Source: Camelus dromedarius (lineage: Eukaryota). From it: 64,000 nt of DNA. Both the position numbers and the translations under genes were made by a program. The notes under the pieces are model-generated. The model did not search any database. It was not told the DNA's origin and saw only the letters and a program-made list of their open reading frames with translations. The stretch's first letter is position 1. Each line of letters starts with the position of its first letter. Shown here piece after piece: positions 1-12,503 of this stretch. Where the stretch lies: the NCBI RefSeq assembly GCF_036321535.1, contig NC_087436.1:15500001-15564000 (forward strand), written 5' to 3'.

Positions 1-34
1 AATTAGCTGATAGGATCTGAAAGACAGAGTGACC
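1..34 (-). other. Candidate 3' splice acceptor and start of a downstream exon of the minus-strand host gene; the exon runs off the window
   Basis: The minus strand reads GGTCACTCTGTCTTTCAG|ATCCTATCAGCTAATT, a pyrimidine tract plus CAG (AG at 18-17). It is on the same strand as the donors in the CpG island. Only 16 exon bases are visible. Confidence 0.35.
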
Positions 35-714
35 TCCATACATTTTATCTTTTGCTTGGTTTGCACTGTGTGCAAGATATGAAACTCAAGATATTAAGAT
101 ACCAGTTTAAGAAGAAACCTTCAATTCAAGATTCAGGAAGAGGTGCTGGGGGAGGTTACTATAGCAGAATACTCACTAACTCGATGTAACTATTTTTACC
201 CACAGTGAATATGAACTACATAATGCGCTGCTTTCCTAAATTTTATGCTCAGAAACACTTCAATATTTTTTTGTCTTGCAGGATAAAATCATTTCTTTGC
301 CAAAATGCTTACCTCTCTCACACACACATTCAAACTTAATAATCAGAAGAATTTAACCTGGGACCTATAAAAACTATTTAAATTTAAAACATTACAATTT
401 TACCCTCATTTAAAAAAAAACAGTATGTCAGTATTCACATTTTCATAATAATGTATTCTCAAACACCAGAAAGAAATGTTATTTTTCACTTGATATCCAC
501 AATTTCAGTAAGAAATGTCTTCCCATTTTGGGGGGAGAAAAGTAAACTCTTAAAACATAAAAAATTGTAAGTATTCAACATAGCTGACATGAGAGTCCCT
601 TTATTTCATTTATTTCATAAAATTAAGAGCATATGTCCTATAACAGGAAAAATGTAAAAAGCTGAATTTCAAGTGTATGTAAAAGCCCCTTCTCATCCCC
701 CATCCTACACACAA

Positions 715-717
<3 letters not shown>

Positions 718-747
<30 letters not shown>
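718..747. repeat. (CA)n microsatellite, about 15 units
   Basis: Uninterrupted cacaca run seen directly. Confidence 0.95.
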
Positions 748-748
<1 letters not shown>

Positions 749-2344
749 CACCAAAGACAACCTTAAGAAAGTTGTAGATTTGGTAGCTCTACAACAAAGG
801 TATTAACACGTTAAGCCATTCTCTCTTCAACCGCTGTTTTGGTTTCTTGCTTCAGAAACCACTGCAAACCCGACCCGAGATAAATAACGGAGATTAATGC
901 AGTATTACCTTGACAAGCAATTAAAAGAGGCTGAAAAGCAGCAACTAAGCCAAACCATTTGCTCTTTCACAATAGGAAGCTGAAGATAATCTTATTTACT
1001 AAACATAAATCACTTGAGATCTGGCCAAATTCTTAAATGATATTCCAGATGGAAACGCTGTGAAGCCAGGAGCTGCTTACATTAAGAATTTTCTTCCAAC
1101 TCTGAAAACAAACTGGACCAGTTTTTCTTGTTGCTTCTAGGAAAGCAATCATTTTAAACCAAACAATTCAGCAGAAGGGCTTCCCGAGGACCCGCTCAGG
1201 CTCTATTTTTGGTCCCCCCCCCCTCCTTCTAGCAGTGTTAGGTTTCTTGTAACTAAGTTTGCTTCCTCCTCCTTCCATATCGATTTAAAAGTCTTAGGCT
1301 ACAGAAAGCAAACTCCATTCATCAGTCTTACTTCCTCATGTATTTCTGTAGTATACTCACACTGTTAAGGAAAAAAAAGGTCAAGATACAGCCCTTTAAT
1401 TTGTTTTTTGTGGTGTATGTGCGTACTTTTAAAAAATTTCTCTTTAGGGCCCTGTGAGGTTTATGGAGACAGGCCTCTCCCAGAGGCTGTGGTGCTTCCT
1501 AGGGTTCGCGTTCACGTGTAGCTGGTTTGGAATACCTGGGGCTTTACATTCCATGTCCTTGAGTTAAAGGCACTTAGACAGAGAGGCTTTGAGAGCTACA
1601 GTGAGCAGCGCGTCAGTGACTTGTCTGTTTAGAGGTGCTACGTGACAGCTGGACGTTTCTGGTTCTAACTCAACAACCAAAGGTTTGTGAGGATACTTGG
1701 TTTCCACTAACTAGCAAGGGAAGTGCCAGGGGTCCAGAGAGAGACACACCCTCTGAGGCAGGAAGAGGAGCTGCCACAGCCACCAAACAAAAGCCAGTGA
1801 GAGAAACAATCCCCTCCACCCAACGAAAACCTCGTTTAGTTTTAAGGTGTATTGTGACAGGAAGCCCTGGATTAAGTCTCAGACCGATACCTTTTAGTTC
1901 TTTCTTCCTCAGCTCTATTTCCTTGTACCCAGCTAGGAAGCCAACGGTACAAAATATCCAGGGAGGCCTGACTCACGTCTGCCAAAACCCACATCACAAG
2001 CCCCTCCACGTGGTCTGACCTCCCACCCCTACAGGCTGCACACACCCCACACACATCTTCTGTACCAACCGTGACTTTATCCCCCCCCCGAGGCCTCACC
2101 GCATCAGCCCCTGCGAAGACTTCTAGAGCCCGTCCACACCGCAGCACCTGACCCTGGTTTCCTCTTCTCTAGGCCCAAGAACACTGCTCTTCCTCCCAGG
2201 CCTGGCTTCTTCCTCCAAGGCCACAAAGCTGGCCGCTGCCCACACGCTGAGCAGCTTAGCCATTGACTGACAATTTTTTTCCTACCCAATGAATGCAATT
2301 CAAAGTTCTGTGGCCTAAAATCAAAACACACCACAGAGCTCAAG

Positions 2345-2540
2345 GCCCAGAGTCAGACAAACCTGGCTTTGCTACTATCTCTGTGACATGAGCAAAAAAA
2401 AAAAACCTCTCTAGGCCTCAGTTTTATCTCTAAGATAGGGGTAACAATATTATTTACCTTTATTGTGAAGACAGAATCAGATAATGTACACGTCCAGCAC
2501 AGAGTAAGCTCTCAAAAAGTGTTAGCTGTTTTAATTATCA
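2345..2540 (+). mobile_element. MIR SINE remnant
   Basis: MIR core-like ctctctaggcctcagtttt...ggggtaacaata and tail ctcaaaaagtgttagctg. Confidence 0.7.
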
Positions 2541-2570
2541 CTGTACTACTATATACCACTGTTATTACTG

Positions 2571-2780
2571 CAGGGGTCACGGGCATCACCAGGCATAAAC
2601 TGGTTGGCTTCGACGTGGACCTGGGCTTTCTGTTTGGCCGTCACAGTATATTTTGTGTTTTTGTTTCATTGCCACTGGAGAGGCGAGCAATGTACAGCCT
2701 GTCAAAGTCCTCACCACTCCTCCTTAGAATCTTATATTCTCATTATATACCTGTCTGGCCCCTGAGTTTGTGACACCCCT
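2571..2780. mobile_element. hAT-Charlie-type MITE remnant (MER102-like)
   Basis: Degenerate terminal inverted repeats caggggtcac ... gagtttgtgacacccct. Confidence 0.4.
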
Positions 2781-3809
2781 CCCCCCTCAAACAAAAGGTC
2801 TTAGAGCACCAAGGGATTTTTCTTCTTAACAAAGACACCATAGAACCAGGTCCGCCACACATTATACTAAAAACAACGCCTTTTTTAAAACCACAGCAAG
2901 GAGTCACCAATTTCCAAGAAGATTAAGACCTCTCAATCAGTCAAAAGGTGCATAAGTGACAGGTGGGGGAAAAAAGGAATAAACTCTACTTTGTAGTTTT
3001 ATATTCAGTAACACCTTCTAGAACATGGAGAATTCATGAGGTTCTTATAAATCATGGAATCCCGCTGTTAGCTTTCCTGGTCTGGCACAAAATGGACAGA
3101 ACAAGTATAATAATGGCAGATTGGAAAACATACTTCAAAAGCCAGCCTCTTCCCTAAGTGTGAAGGCCACTGCCCAGCAATTTCTTGCTCCAAATGTTCC
3201 TGTCAGATGTTAAGGTCTTAAAGTCACCGATAGTTTAGCACATACCAAAAAATTAAGCTGTATGACATTCAGTATTTTTCTTTTCTTACTAACTTAGCCT
3301 AACTTTTTTACTAACTAACTTACTAACATAAATTTTCCATGAGGATAAGAAGATATAACTAATAAATAAGAAACACAAATCTTCTTCATATACATAATTT
3401 CTGGGAAAAAAAATACTACTATAAAAAGAACAAAAAATCTAAACACTGTAAGAGTACAAAGATTTAACCTATTACAGAGATTTCTTACTATCATAAAATT
3501 AAACAACCATAATTCTCTTTATTAGAAAATCTCCATCTTCTTCTATCACTCCCAAAAAGTCTGTCCATCAAAAACATTCTCTTTAAAATAAGGTCATGTG
3601 CTTTAAAATACTCTAAAATGAAATCAAATGGCTTTTTTCAAGGTTTACAAAAATTTTCCAATATAATTGCAAAATTAAAGGTAGGCAAGGTCAAAACTAT
3701 CATCACAATAACCAATACAATGATCTTCTATGAATCCAACTCATATTTATTCTTTATGGAATCTATACACGCTCTGGTTTGAGAATCCAAATAAAAATAA
3801 TTAGAGTCA

Positions 3810-3946
3810 GGGGAAGGGTATAGCTCAAGTGGTAGGGAGCATGCTTAGCATACACGAAGGTCCTGGGTTCAATCCCCGGTACCTCCTCCAAAAAATAAAT
3901 AAATAAGCAAACCTAATTACCTCCCCCCAAAAATAAATAAAATAAA
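3810..3946 (+). mobile_element. tRNA-Ala(AGC)-derived camelid SINE (Vic-1 type)
   Basis: Head ggtatagctcaagtggtag...gcttagcat...gggttcaatccccggtacctcc with A/B boxes, A-rich tail containing aacctaattac, and TSD aaaataatta(g/a)agtca at 3794-3809 and 3947-3962. Confidence 0.9.
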
Positions 3947-6130
3947 AAAATAATTAAAGTCAATTACACAGGAAAAAAGAGGGGGCAGGAGGAATGTTCC
4001 ACAATGTTAACAGTAACTATGTCTAGGTAGCCGGATTATAGGTGATTCATTTTTCTTTTGTGTAGTATACGTATGTTTCCCAAGTCTTCTGCTCCTCAGA
4101 GTTATTACTTCCACTATCAGATGAAAAATGTTTATTTATATATTTTAGCAGTCCTGTACCTAACTATGATTAAAGGATCAGGGTAAATTTGCCAGAAGGC
4201 CGAGTCCCTTAAGGAACTGGGAGTCAACGTGCAGAAAGCAGCTCTCTCCCTGGCATTCCTCCTGTGCTCCATCTCCTCCCTGTAGTTCCTGAGCACTCAG
4301 GCTCCAAACATGCGACGCAGTCCTGTCTGCCTGGCTGGTAGTGTTCTCCTGGGCGCCCTGCTTCCGTCTTACACGCCAGACTCCTTTCAATAGGAACTGT
4401 GTTTTACATGTATTTTATGGACCCCTACTGAGCTTAGCACGGCTCTCCCAACACAGCAGACTTCAGATATCTATCTGTTAAACTTAATGAAATAACTTGT
4501 CAATCAGTTAATTAACAGTAAAGTAAACCAAGCCTTCTGCTTCCCTGCCTTTAGAGGCAGTGCTTCATTATGTGCAATAACACAGACTGAGGGGTGGTCC
4601 CACTGACCCAGATCAGGACTACTGATGGGAAGGCCTTCAGAAAACACCCAAAGCACCAAATGAAGAAGTGGCTCCTGCCGGAGTCAGCTCTGAACTTCCA
4701 AAGTAAGGGGAACAGACCTGGGGGGGCCACATCTCAAGAGAGCCATGAAATCAACTCCTGCTCCTTGTATCATTCCCATGCAAGGGCATGTGTTGTTAGC
4801 TGGGGCTCCTAATCCAGCTTTACTATCCCAAAGGGAACCATATCAGCAAACGGTATGAGGCAGGAGTAGCTGATCCCTGCTGGGGGATGACCTGCAGCCT
4901 TTAATGACGGCCATGGTTATCTCCATTTACACAGCCTGCGAAGCACTGGCAGAGTTTTCAGGGTTCTTAGACAAAGTGCTATTATTACAGTGACGCTGAG
5001 GACTGGCTAATAATAGAGGAAGCATCATTATATTCTTTAGCTTCAATAGCGCTAATTATATTTACTGTGAATTCTCAAACCAGTGGGTGTACAAATTGCA
5101 CAAAGAAAAATATGAGTTGTGTGTGTAAAATTAATTGTACTGGGTACGGTAATGCTACTGTTAATCCTTAGTGCTGTTAACTTGTGATTGTTAAACTGAG
5201 CTGCTTCCAAGTCAAATTATCATGTACACAAACGGGTTTAGAATGGCAAAGTGGCGGTGGGGGTGCGGGGGAGTTGACTGGGATTTGACCTCCCAATGAG
5301 ACTAGGAGGCTTTGTCAGTCCCAAACCACAGTAAAGAATTTTTGTTTTCCCGCTGTAAGCCACCAAAAATTGCTGTTGGAAGGAAGAGATATCCACGTAA
5401 GTAGACAAGGCAAGAAAAAAAATACACCCACAAAAAAACTTTCCATTTTCATACACAAACTAAAAGTTAAGGGATGTATTTGTAAATATTCAAAACCTCT
5501 TGGAACATAATCTTTTAGGCGGTTGTAATGCAACATTTACGGTCAAACATATAACTCTTTCATGATTTCAAAAATGCCCTGAGGAAGCTCCTATGCTCTC
5601 TCAGGCTTCTGTGTCTGCCTGAGATTTTTTAGGCCTAATTTGCCTAACTTTCTCTGTTTTCTTCACAGGTCTGTAATTGTTAGCTACAAGAGTGTTTTAA
5701 ACAAACACAGCTGTAAACACTTAGGAAAATGAAAATTTGCCCTGGGGAAAAAAAGTAACAAACTTGCCAGTCTCTTTAGTTCGGCAAAAGAGCGATTTCA
5801 CAGAGTCTTTGTAGTTAGAAAGCTTGCATTTTGTCCTAGCTGGTCCTACATCACACAAGCAGACCCAAAATTACTACAGGAACTGAGCTCCTGACAAACA
5901 GGGGAAAAAGTGGCTGCCAGTCTTTCACACCAGTAACTTCAGTGCTTCCTGGTGAGCTGCCACGGTATTCTGCCTGAATCAAGAGGCATATGAATGCCAC
6001 CTCACAACCCTTGGAGAATCAACTCTCTTTGACTAAACCCAGTGATAATTTTATCACCTCCTTCCCACAACAAAATCAAAAGGGCACTTCATTATACCTG
6101 AAAGCTCTGATACTCAGTAATATCATTTCT

Positions 6131-6798
6131 ACTATTAAAAAACACAGAAAATAATATTGGTGGAGGATGTGGAGAAACGGGAACCCTTGTGCACTGCTGG
6201 TATGAATGTAAAATGGTGCAGGTGCTATAGAAAACAGTATGGTGGTGCCTCAAAAAATTAATAAAGTATTAATTAGTAGAATGACCACATGACCCACCAG
6301 TTCCACTTCTAGATCTATACCCAAAAGAAAAAAAAATCTTAGATTATTTGTATACCCATGTTCATAACATCATTATTCACAATAGCCAAAAGAAGAAAGC
6401 AACCCAAATGACCATTCAATAAATAAAATGTGGTATATATACACACAATGGAAAATTATTCAGTCATAAAAGGAAGGAAATTCTGACACATGCTACAACA
6501 TGGATGAATCTTGACACATTATGCAAAATGAAATATGCCAATCACAAAAGAATAAAAATAAACACTGTATGATTTCATATATATGAGATATAGAGTAGTC
6601 AAAGTCATAGAGACAGTAGAATGGTGGTTGCTAGGGGCTGGTGGGGAGAATCGAATAGAGTACAGAGTTCAATTTTGTAAGACAACAAAAGCTCTGGAGA
6701 TGGATGGTGATAATGGTTGCATAACAACACAAATGTACTTAATGTCATTAAACTGTACACTTAAAAATGGATAAAATGGTAAATTTCATGTTATGTAT
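6131..6798 (+). mobile_element. Old L1 (L1MB-like): end of ORF2 plus 3' UTR
   Basis: ggatgtggagaaacgggaacccttgtgcactgctgg ... gatggatggtgataatggttgc ... aactgtacacttaaaaatgg. Confidence 0.85.
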
Positions 6799-6932
6799 TA
6801 TATTAGTTTGCTAGGGCTATCATAACAAAGTTTCACAGACTGGGTGGCTTAAACAACAGAAATTAATTTTCTCACAATTCTGGAAGCTAGAAGTATGAGA
6901 TCAAGGTGTGAGCAGGACTGGTTTCTTCTGAG
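6799..6932 (-). mobile_element. MLT1 (MaLR) LTR fragment, truncated
   Basis: tattagtttgctagggct...ctgggtggcttaaacaacagaaatt...ctcacaattctggaagctagaag, which also matches the MLT1A copy at 55922. Confidence 0.8.
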
Positions 6933-6987
6933 AACTTTGATACCCAGTAATATCATTTCTACCATAAAAATAATAGAAAATAAATAA

Positions 6988-7877
6988 CTTCTCAATATCA
7001 CTAAGTATCAGAGAAATGCAAATCAAAACTGCAATGAGATATCACCTCACACCAGTCAGAATGGCCATCATTAAAAAGTCTACAAACAATAAATGCTGGA
7101 GAAGGTATGAAGAAAGGGGAACCCTCCTACACTGTTAGTGGGAATGTAGTTTGGTGCAGCCATTTTATAAAACAATATGGAGATTCCTTAAAAAACTAAA
7201 AACAGATTTACCATATGATGTAGCAATCCCACTTCTGGGCATATACCCAGAGAAAACTCTAATTCAAAAAAAATATATGCACCCCAATGTTCATTTACAA
7301 TAGCCAATAGCCAATTTACAATAGCCAAGACATGGAAGCAACCTAAATGTCCATCAACAGATAATTGGATAAAGAAGGGTTGTGTATATTTATGGCTGTG
7401 GTGTATTTATATACCATGGAGTACTACACAGCCATAAAAAATAAAACAATACCATTTGCAGCAACATGGATGGACCAGCAGATTGTCATTCTAAGTGAAG
7501 TAAGCCAGAAAGAGAAAGGAAAATACCACATGATATCAGTTAGATGTAGAATCTAAAAAAAAAAAAAAACACAAATGAACTTACTTATAAAACAGAAACA
7601 GACAGACACAGAAAACAAACTTATGGTTACCAGGGGGGAAAGAGATAGGAAGGGATAAATTGCGAGCTGGAGATTTGCAAATACTACTCTATATAAAATA
7701 GATAAACAAGGTCCTACTCTAGAGCAAAGGGAACTATATTCAACACCTTGTAATAGCCTATAATGAAAAAGAATATGAAAAGGAACATATATATATATAT
7801 ATATACAATTGAATCACTATGCTCTACAACAGAAGCTAACACAACATTATAAATCGACTATATTTCAGTTAAAAAAA
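6988..7877 (+). mobile_element. 5'-truncated cetartiodactyl-type L1 (end of ORF2, 3' UTR, A tail)
   Basis: agagaaatgcaaatcaaaac...cacctcacaccagtcagaatggcc ... acaaacttatggttaccagggg ... acacaacattataaatcgactata followed by an A run. Confidence 0.9.
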
Positions 7878-8379
7878 TGCATTAGAGATCTGCATCAGCA
7901 TCCACACCCAACTCCTCTGCTGGCCAGCCTGAGGTCTGATACCACTGAAACAGGTCTGAGAGCATCAAGCATCATAAGCAGTGTACTCCAATCTGAACAG
8001 CATGCACTCCAAAGAAAACATTCTGCATTACTGAATATCAAGGATATTTTCTCAACCAAAATTGTTTCACAATAGGGGTAGATTAGGAGGAGGGACAGAA
8101 AAAAGATTCCAAACTTTTTAAAGTGCCAAAACTTACTTCTCAATTTTGTCAAAGATTAACCACAACTAAAAAGAGGAAAAGAGAAAATGCCGTAATCATG
8201 TTTGTAGAAAACTGACCACTGGACATAAGCACTGCCTTTTCCTCCTGGTGCAATGGGACCTGCCCACAAAAAAATAAATTCCATCACATATTATAGATAC
8301 ATATACATACACACTATTATATATTCAGGATATAAAAGGAACACCCACCAATCAATGAGAGAAAAGTGGGAGAACATAG

Positions 8380-9410
8380 CAAACTTTCACAGAAGAGAAA
8401 GTATGAAAGGTTAATATCCATGTGACAATATATCTTTCATCTCATTAATAATCAGGAAAATTAAAATTAAAACCACAATAAGGTAAATTATGCTGTACAT
8501 AAAGTACATCTCAATTTTAAAAACACACAGTAAGATATGATTGCACACCCCCAAAATGGGCAAAAATATTTAAAATCCAATCACACTAAGTGTCATCAAG
8601 CCACAGGCAATTTCACACACCAGTGTGGTGTGTCCTGGTACAACCACTCGGGCACAGAGTTGTCATAACCTAGTAAAATTAAACATGTATATACGCTCCG
8701 ACCCAGCAATTCCACTCCTAGGTTTATACATTTAGAGAAACGCTGACATATATGCAATAGGAACTATGGTCATACCAATCTTTCTCTTGCTTGCAAAAAG
8801 CTACACAGACAACACAAATGTCCATCAGCAGCAGGAAAGAGAATTAAACGTGATATATTCTTACAATTCAGTGCTATATAGCAGTAAAAGAAATAAAATA
8901 CAGCTTCATGAAAAAACATGGATGAATCTCAAAAACAATTTGGAGTAAAACAGCAAAGTACAAAAGAGTCCAAGTTATATGAGTCCATTTATACAAAGAG
9001 CAAAAGCAGCTAAAATTAAACAACATATTGTTCAGAGAATAATATACATAAGACAAATCCATTTTTAAAAAAAGCAAGGGAAAGACTAAAAAAACAAGGA
9101 TAATGTTTACCACAGTGGGCAGAGGAGATGAAGAAGATGAGATCAAGGATGGACACACGGGACCTCTAAGATACTGACAATGTGATATTCCATTTCTTAA
9201 GCAATGTAGTAGGCACCAGTGTTCATTTTACTATTTTTCTTTAAAGTATACATATACTGATACTCTTTTTTTTTTAATGGAGGTACTGGGGATGGAACCC
9301 AACACCTCCTGCATGCTAAGCACGTGATCTACCACTGAGCTATACCCTCCCCCCAACTGATATATATTCTTTTATATGTATGTGTGTATGTATGATCTAT
9401 CTCTCATTTT
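8380..9410 (+). mobile_element. Ancient L1 (L1ME-like) 3' region, interrupted by a SINE
   Basis: gacccagcaattccactcctagg and aacatggatgaatctcaaaaaca motifs; heavily diverged. Confidence 0.7.
9266..9354 (-). mobile_element. Vic-1-type tRNA-Ala SINE, short form
   Basis: Reverse complement ggggggagggtatagctcagtggtagatcacgtgcttagcatgcaggagg...ccccagtacctcca plus A tail; actgata repeated on both flanks. Confidence 0.9.
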
Positions 9411-9759
9411 AAAGAGTAAAACAAAAGCCAAAAGCCAAATGCTATTTTTTAAAAGAACAACCTTGAGGTTTCAGTTTCCACATGGTTGATAGCCTGGTCA
9501 TCCCACCTGAATCCCAAATGAAGTGAATGGACCGAAAAATAAAACAGAACAATTCTGTAAGATCAAAAAGAGTTTGCTGGAAAAGAACTTTGTTGTTTAT
9601 TTCAGATAAGAGAATTTTTACAACATTCTCATGTATTTGCAAGACAGCTCTACTTGGATGTATTCTAGGTGCCTCAAATTTAATACATATTTGTACATTT
9701 TTAATACACATATTGAACATATTATCTTCCACTCACCTAAGTTCTCCATCTTTTGTAAA

Positions 9760-10149
9760 CTTCCTTCCACTTTGGTCTTCTGTCTTGGCATTATTGGTAA
9801 ATGATCGCATTGACCAAACTGACCAGGTCTGAAACTTAAATTTCATTTTCAATCATCTCTTCCTCTCTTCTAAAAGTTCCCCTATAAAGTCAATTCCTAA
9901 ATAGCCCTAGATTATCTAACTTCTAGATTATCTAAGAAACATTATATTTCTTTGCTTGCTATGCTTGAAACTCCTTTTAGTTTTTTGACATCCTCAACAC
10001 TCCCAAGCCAATGCACACATACTAATTCATTCTTCCTTATGTAATCATGGTGATATTTCTCATTTGCAGTTCTGATAAAGGCCACTCAGCTCACTGTTTA
10101 AAAACTGTTAATGACTATCATTCTACCTATGAAGTCCTAATGATCTGCC
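9760..10149 (+). mobile_element. L2 LINE remnant
   Basis: Pyrimidine-rich L2-like segments (gtttaaaaactgttaatgact, atgatctgcc). Confidence 0.5.
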
Positions 10150-10193
10150 TTTTTTTTAAAATTGAAGTATAGTCAGTTTACAATGTTGTGTCA
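10150..10193 (-). mobile_element. Extremely 5'-truncated young L1 (3' tip only)
   Basis: Reverse complement tgacacaacattgtaaactgactatacttcaat is identical to the L1 end at 26162-26194 and is followed by a short A tail. Confidence 0.85.
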
Positions 10194-10719
10194 CGGAAAA
10201 GAACTTTAAATAAATGAGAGATTTCATCAAATTTCTGGAAAACGAAGCAAGAGATGGGAACGTGCTGACAGATGAAACAATGAGGAGAGAGCTACTACCT
10301 ATGGGCCACCAAGGAGACAATCTGCTCAAAAGAATCCCAGGGAGGCTCCAGGCTCTGAGTCAACAGGTACCAGAGTGGTGACACTGACCACTCCACCTCC
10401 CTGACCCCTAACAGAGCCCACAGGTGGCACAGCCAAGTGTAATGACAGACAAACATCTGGGGGTTCATCTCTAAAATAACACAACCAATTTTTGCAACAG
10501 GGAATAAGACATGGCTTATAAAGGTTTCCAAGGTGAATTCTGGTTCCTCACAGTAAATCCTCCTCTGCATTTTTGGGGTGAAGCAAAGCTGGCCAGCTGC
10601 CCACCTAGTATCCCCACTCCCTGCCACACACACACATACACACTGAGCTCTGTTTAGAATTCCTGGTCAAAGGAGAGGTGGGGGGGGAGTACTCTACAGA
10701 TAGATCTTTTCAAGAGAGT

Positions 10720-11120
10720 AGAGAAAACTCTCCCCAGTTCTTCCTCCTTAATTATGAAGAGGCAACCAGGCCTACAAGGAAAATCAGTAACGTAAGGGGG
10801 GAAAAAACTGACAATGAGAAGAAACAGAATTAATTCAGGAAACAGAAGAGCACTTTAAAAAGAAGTAACTTTAATACAACTCAAAGAGATTCAAGAAGTA
10901 TTACAACCATTAAACAAGAATGAGACAGATGAAAATAAAATGACTGGAGAAAAATAAAGAACTTGAAAAATATTTTTGAAAATATGATTACCAAAATAAA
11001 AATTCAGTAAAAGTACTCCAAGATAACAGTGAGGAAATCTCTCAAAATATGGAACAAAAAGACAAAAGGATAGAAAATAGGCAAGAATAGGGTAGAAACA
11101 AAGAACCAGTGCAGGAGGTG
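10720..11120 (+). mobile_element. Ancient HAL1/L1 ORF1-like remnant
   Basis: A-rich degenerate ORF1 coiled-coil-type sequence (ctcaaagagattcaagaag, gaggaaatctctcaaaa, gaaccagtgcaggagg). Confidence 0.55.
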
Positions 11121-11129
11121 CAGGACCTG

Positions 11130-11535
11130 GCTGAAGGCTGCCTCGCTTGTACCGTGTAAAATGCTCCCAGCCCTAACCAGTCGTAGAACCAGGGTAGCTG
11201 CCTGATTCGGGGGAACAGATCCATAGGCTGAATTAAGCCAATCGAATTGTCTTTTTCAAGACTCTGACTTAGGAAAAATATTTGGGCCTAAAACCAAAAG
11301 GTCAGTATGCTGGCCCATGTCAAAGAGGAGAGAGAGAAGCAGGGAAGGCAGAACTAGAGAGGAGGTGATGTGACCATGATTCTTGACTTTCTTGCCCATT
11401 CCATAGTCCCTGGTAGGGCCACGCATATCTTTGAGATGGGCTGTAAAATCCTACATGTCTAAGTTTTTTCTAGCTTCTTTAAGTCACTTTGAGAGGACTT
11501 TTGTTTTTTGCAACCAATGAACTCTGACTGAAACA
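11130..11535 (+). mobile_element. Old MaLR/ERVL LTR (MLT1-like)
   Basis: Ends in tgcaaccaatgaactctgactgaaaca, typical of old MLT1 3' ends; internal aagccaatc. Confidence 0.5.
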
Positions 11536-12194
11536 GCAGCTATCTGCTGTTTGAAACTGCACAGTAACCAAGAGACAGCACAATGCGTCTGTGGTACCAT
11601 GGGAACACCCAGCCTCTTCCTTCACCAATCGGCTGTCAGAACCCAACCAGGGTACCCACTGCCCGTCATTCCGTCAGCACTGTGCACAAATGGAAGTCAG
11701 GTGGTGGTGTTGAACATCATTACAATTCCATGTGATCAAATACTCCTAGTAATTAAAATGTCAAAATCTAAAAGTAAACATACAGTGTATTCAACAAAAG
11801 CCTTAAATTGTGGAACGATTGGAAAAAAGGAGGAGAATGTTAACTTGCCTTCCAATATGGAGCAAGAAAACAAATGGTTCAAGATTTGGAAGGAAAAGAA
11901 CAAATTAATATCTTTTGTATCCTCACTGAGTTTTTTAATCAACCTGAAAAATTAGAAAGCCATGCAAAAATTCTCCTTTGATGACATGAATAAAGCTGAT
12001 TGACTTAGAAAGGGCACAGAATGCCACTGCCTAGATTAATCTGAACTGAACAAGAAAAAATATTCTTTGAAGTTCAAGCAATGGAAGGAAACACTTTTGG
12101 ATGTTTGGAAGGTAACTTTCATGTATTCCCTAGCTGAATAAACAGAATCAAATCACAGCATGAGAATCTTAAGCCAATGTCTGAGACCTTGAAA

Positions 12195-12503
12195 AACAGC
12201 ACTTCAACTTACAATTTCAACTTTATGAAAAAAGGTACAGAAGTGATGGACACTTAGTAGAAACCGTACTTGGAATTTTGAATTTTGATCTTGTCCCAGG
12301 CTAGTGACAGGCAGTTCATACTCTCTTGTGATGCTGGACTTTGCCCAACTGTAGGCTATGGTGAATGTTCTGAATACATTTAAAGTGGACTGGGCTAAAC
12401 TATGAGGTTCGGTAGGTTAGGTGTATTAAAAGCATTTTCGACTTATTTTCAACTTACGATGGGTTTATTGGGATTAACCCCGTAGAAAAATGAGGAAGAT
12501 CTG
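12195..12503 (-). mobile_element. TcMar-Tigger MITE (MER82-like), internally deleted
   Basis: ggtaggttaggtgtattaaaagcattttcgactt...ttttcaacttacgatgggtttattggga...gaggaagatctg. Confidence 0.75.

Noticed and set aside
313..364. Possible 52-nt minus-strand cassette exon (TTTTTATAG|GTC ... GAG|GTAAGC)
   Set aside because: The splice motifs are plausible, but nothing else supports it without RNA data.
3810..3890. tRNA-Ala gene, and likewise at 9266, 17999, 41641 and 61965
   Set aside because: Stem-disrupting substitutions, A-rich tails and TSDs mark these as SINE copies.
9907..9935. Short tandem duplications (ctagattatctaa x2; also aataaaaggaagttcct x2 near 25525)
   Set aside because: Ordinary replication-slippage duplications inside old repeats.
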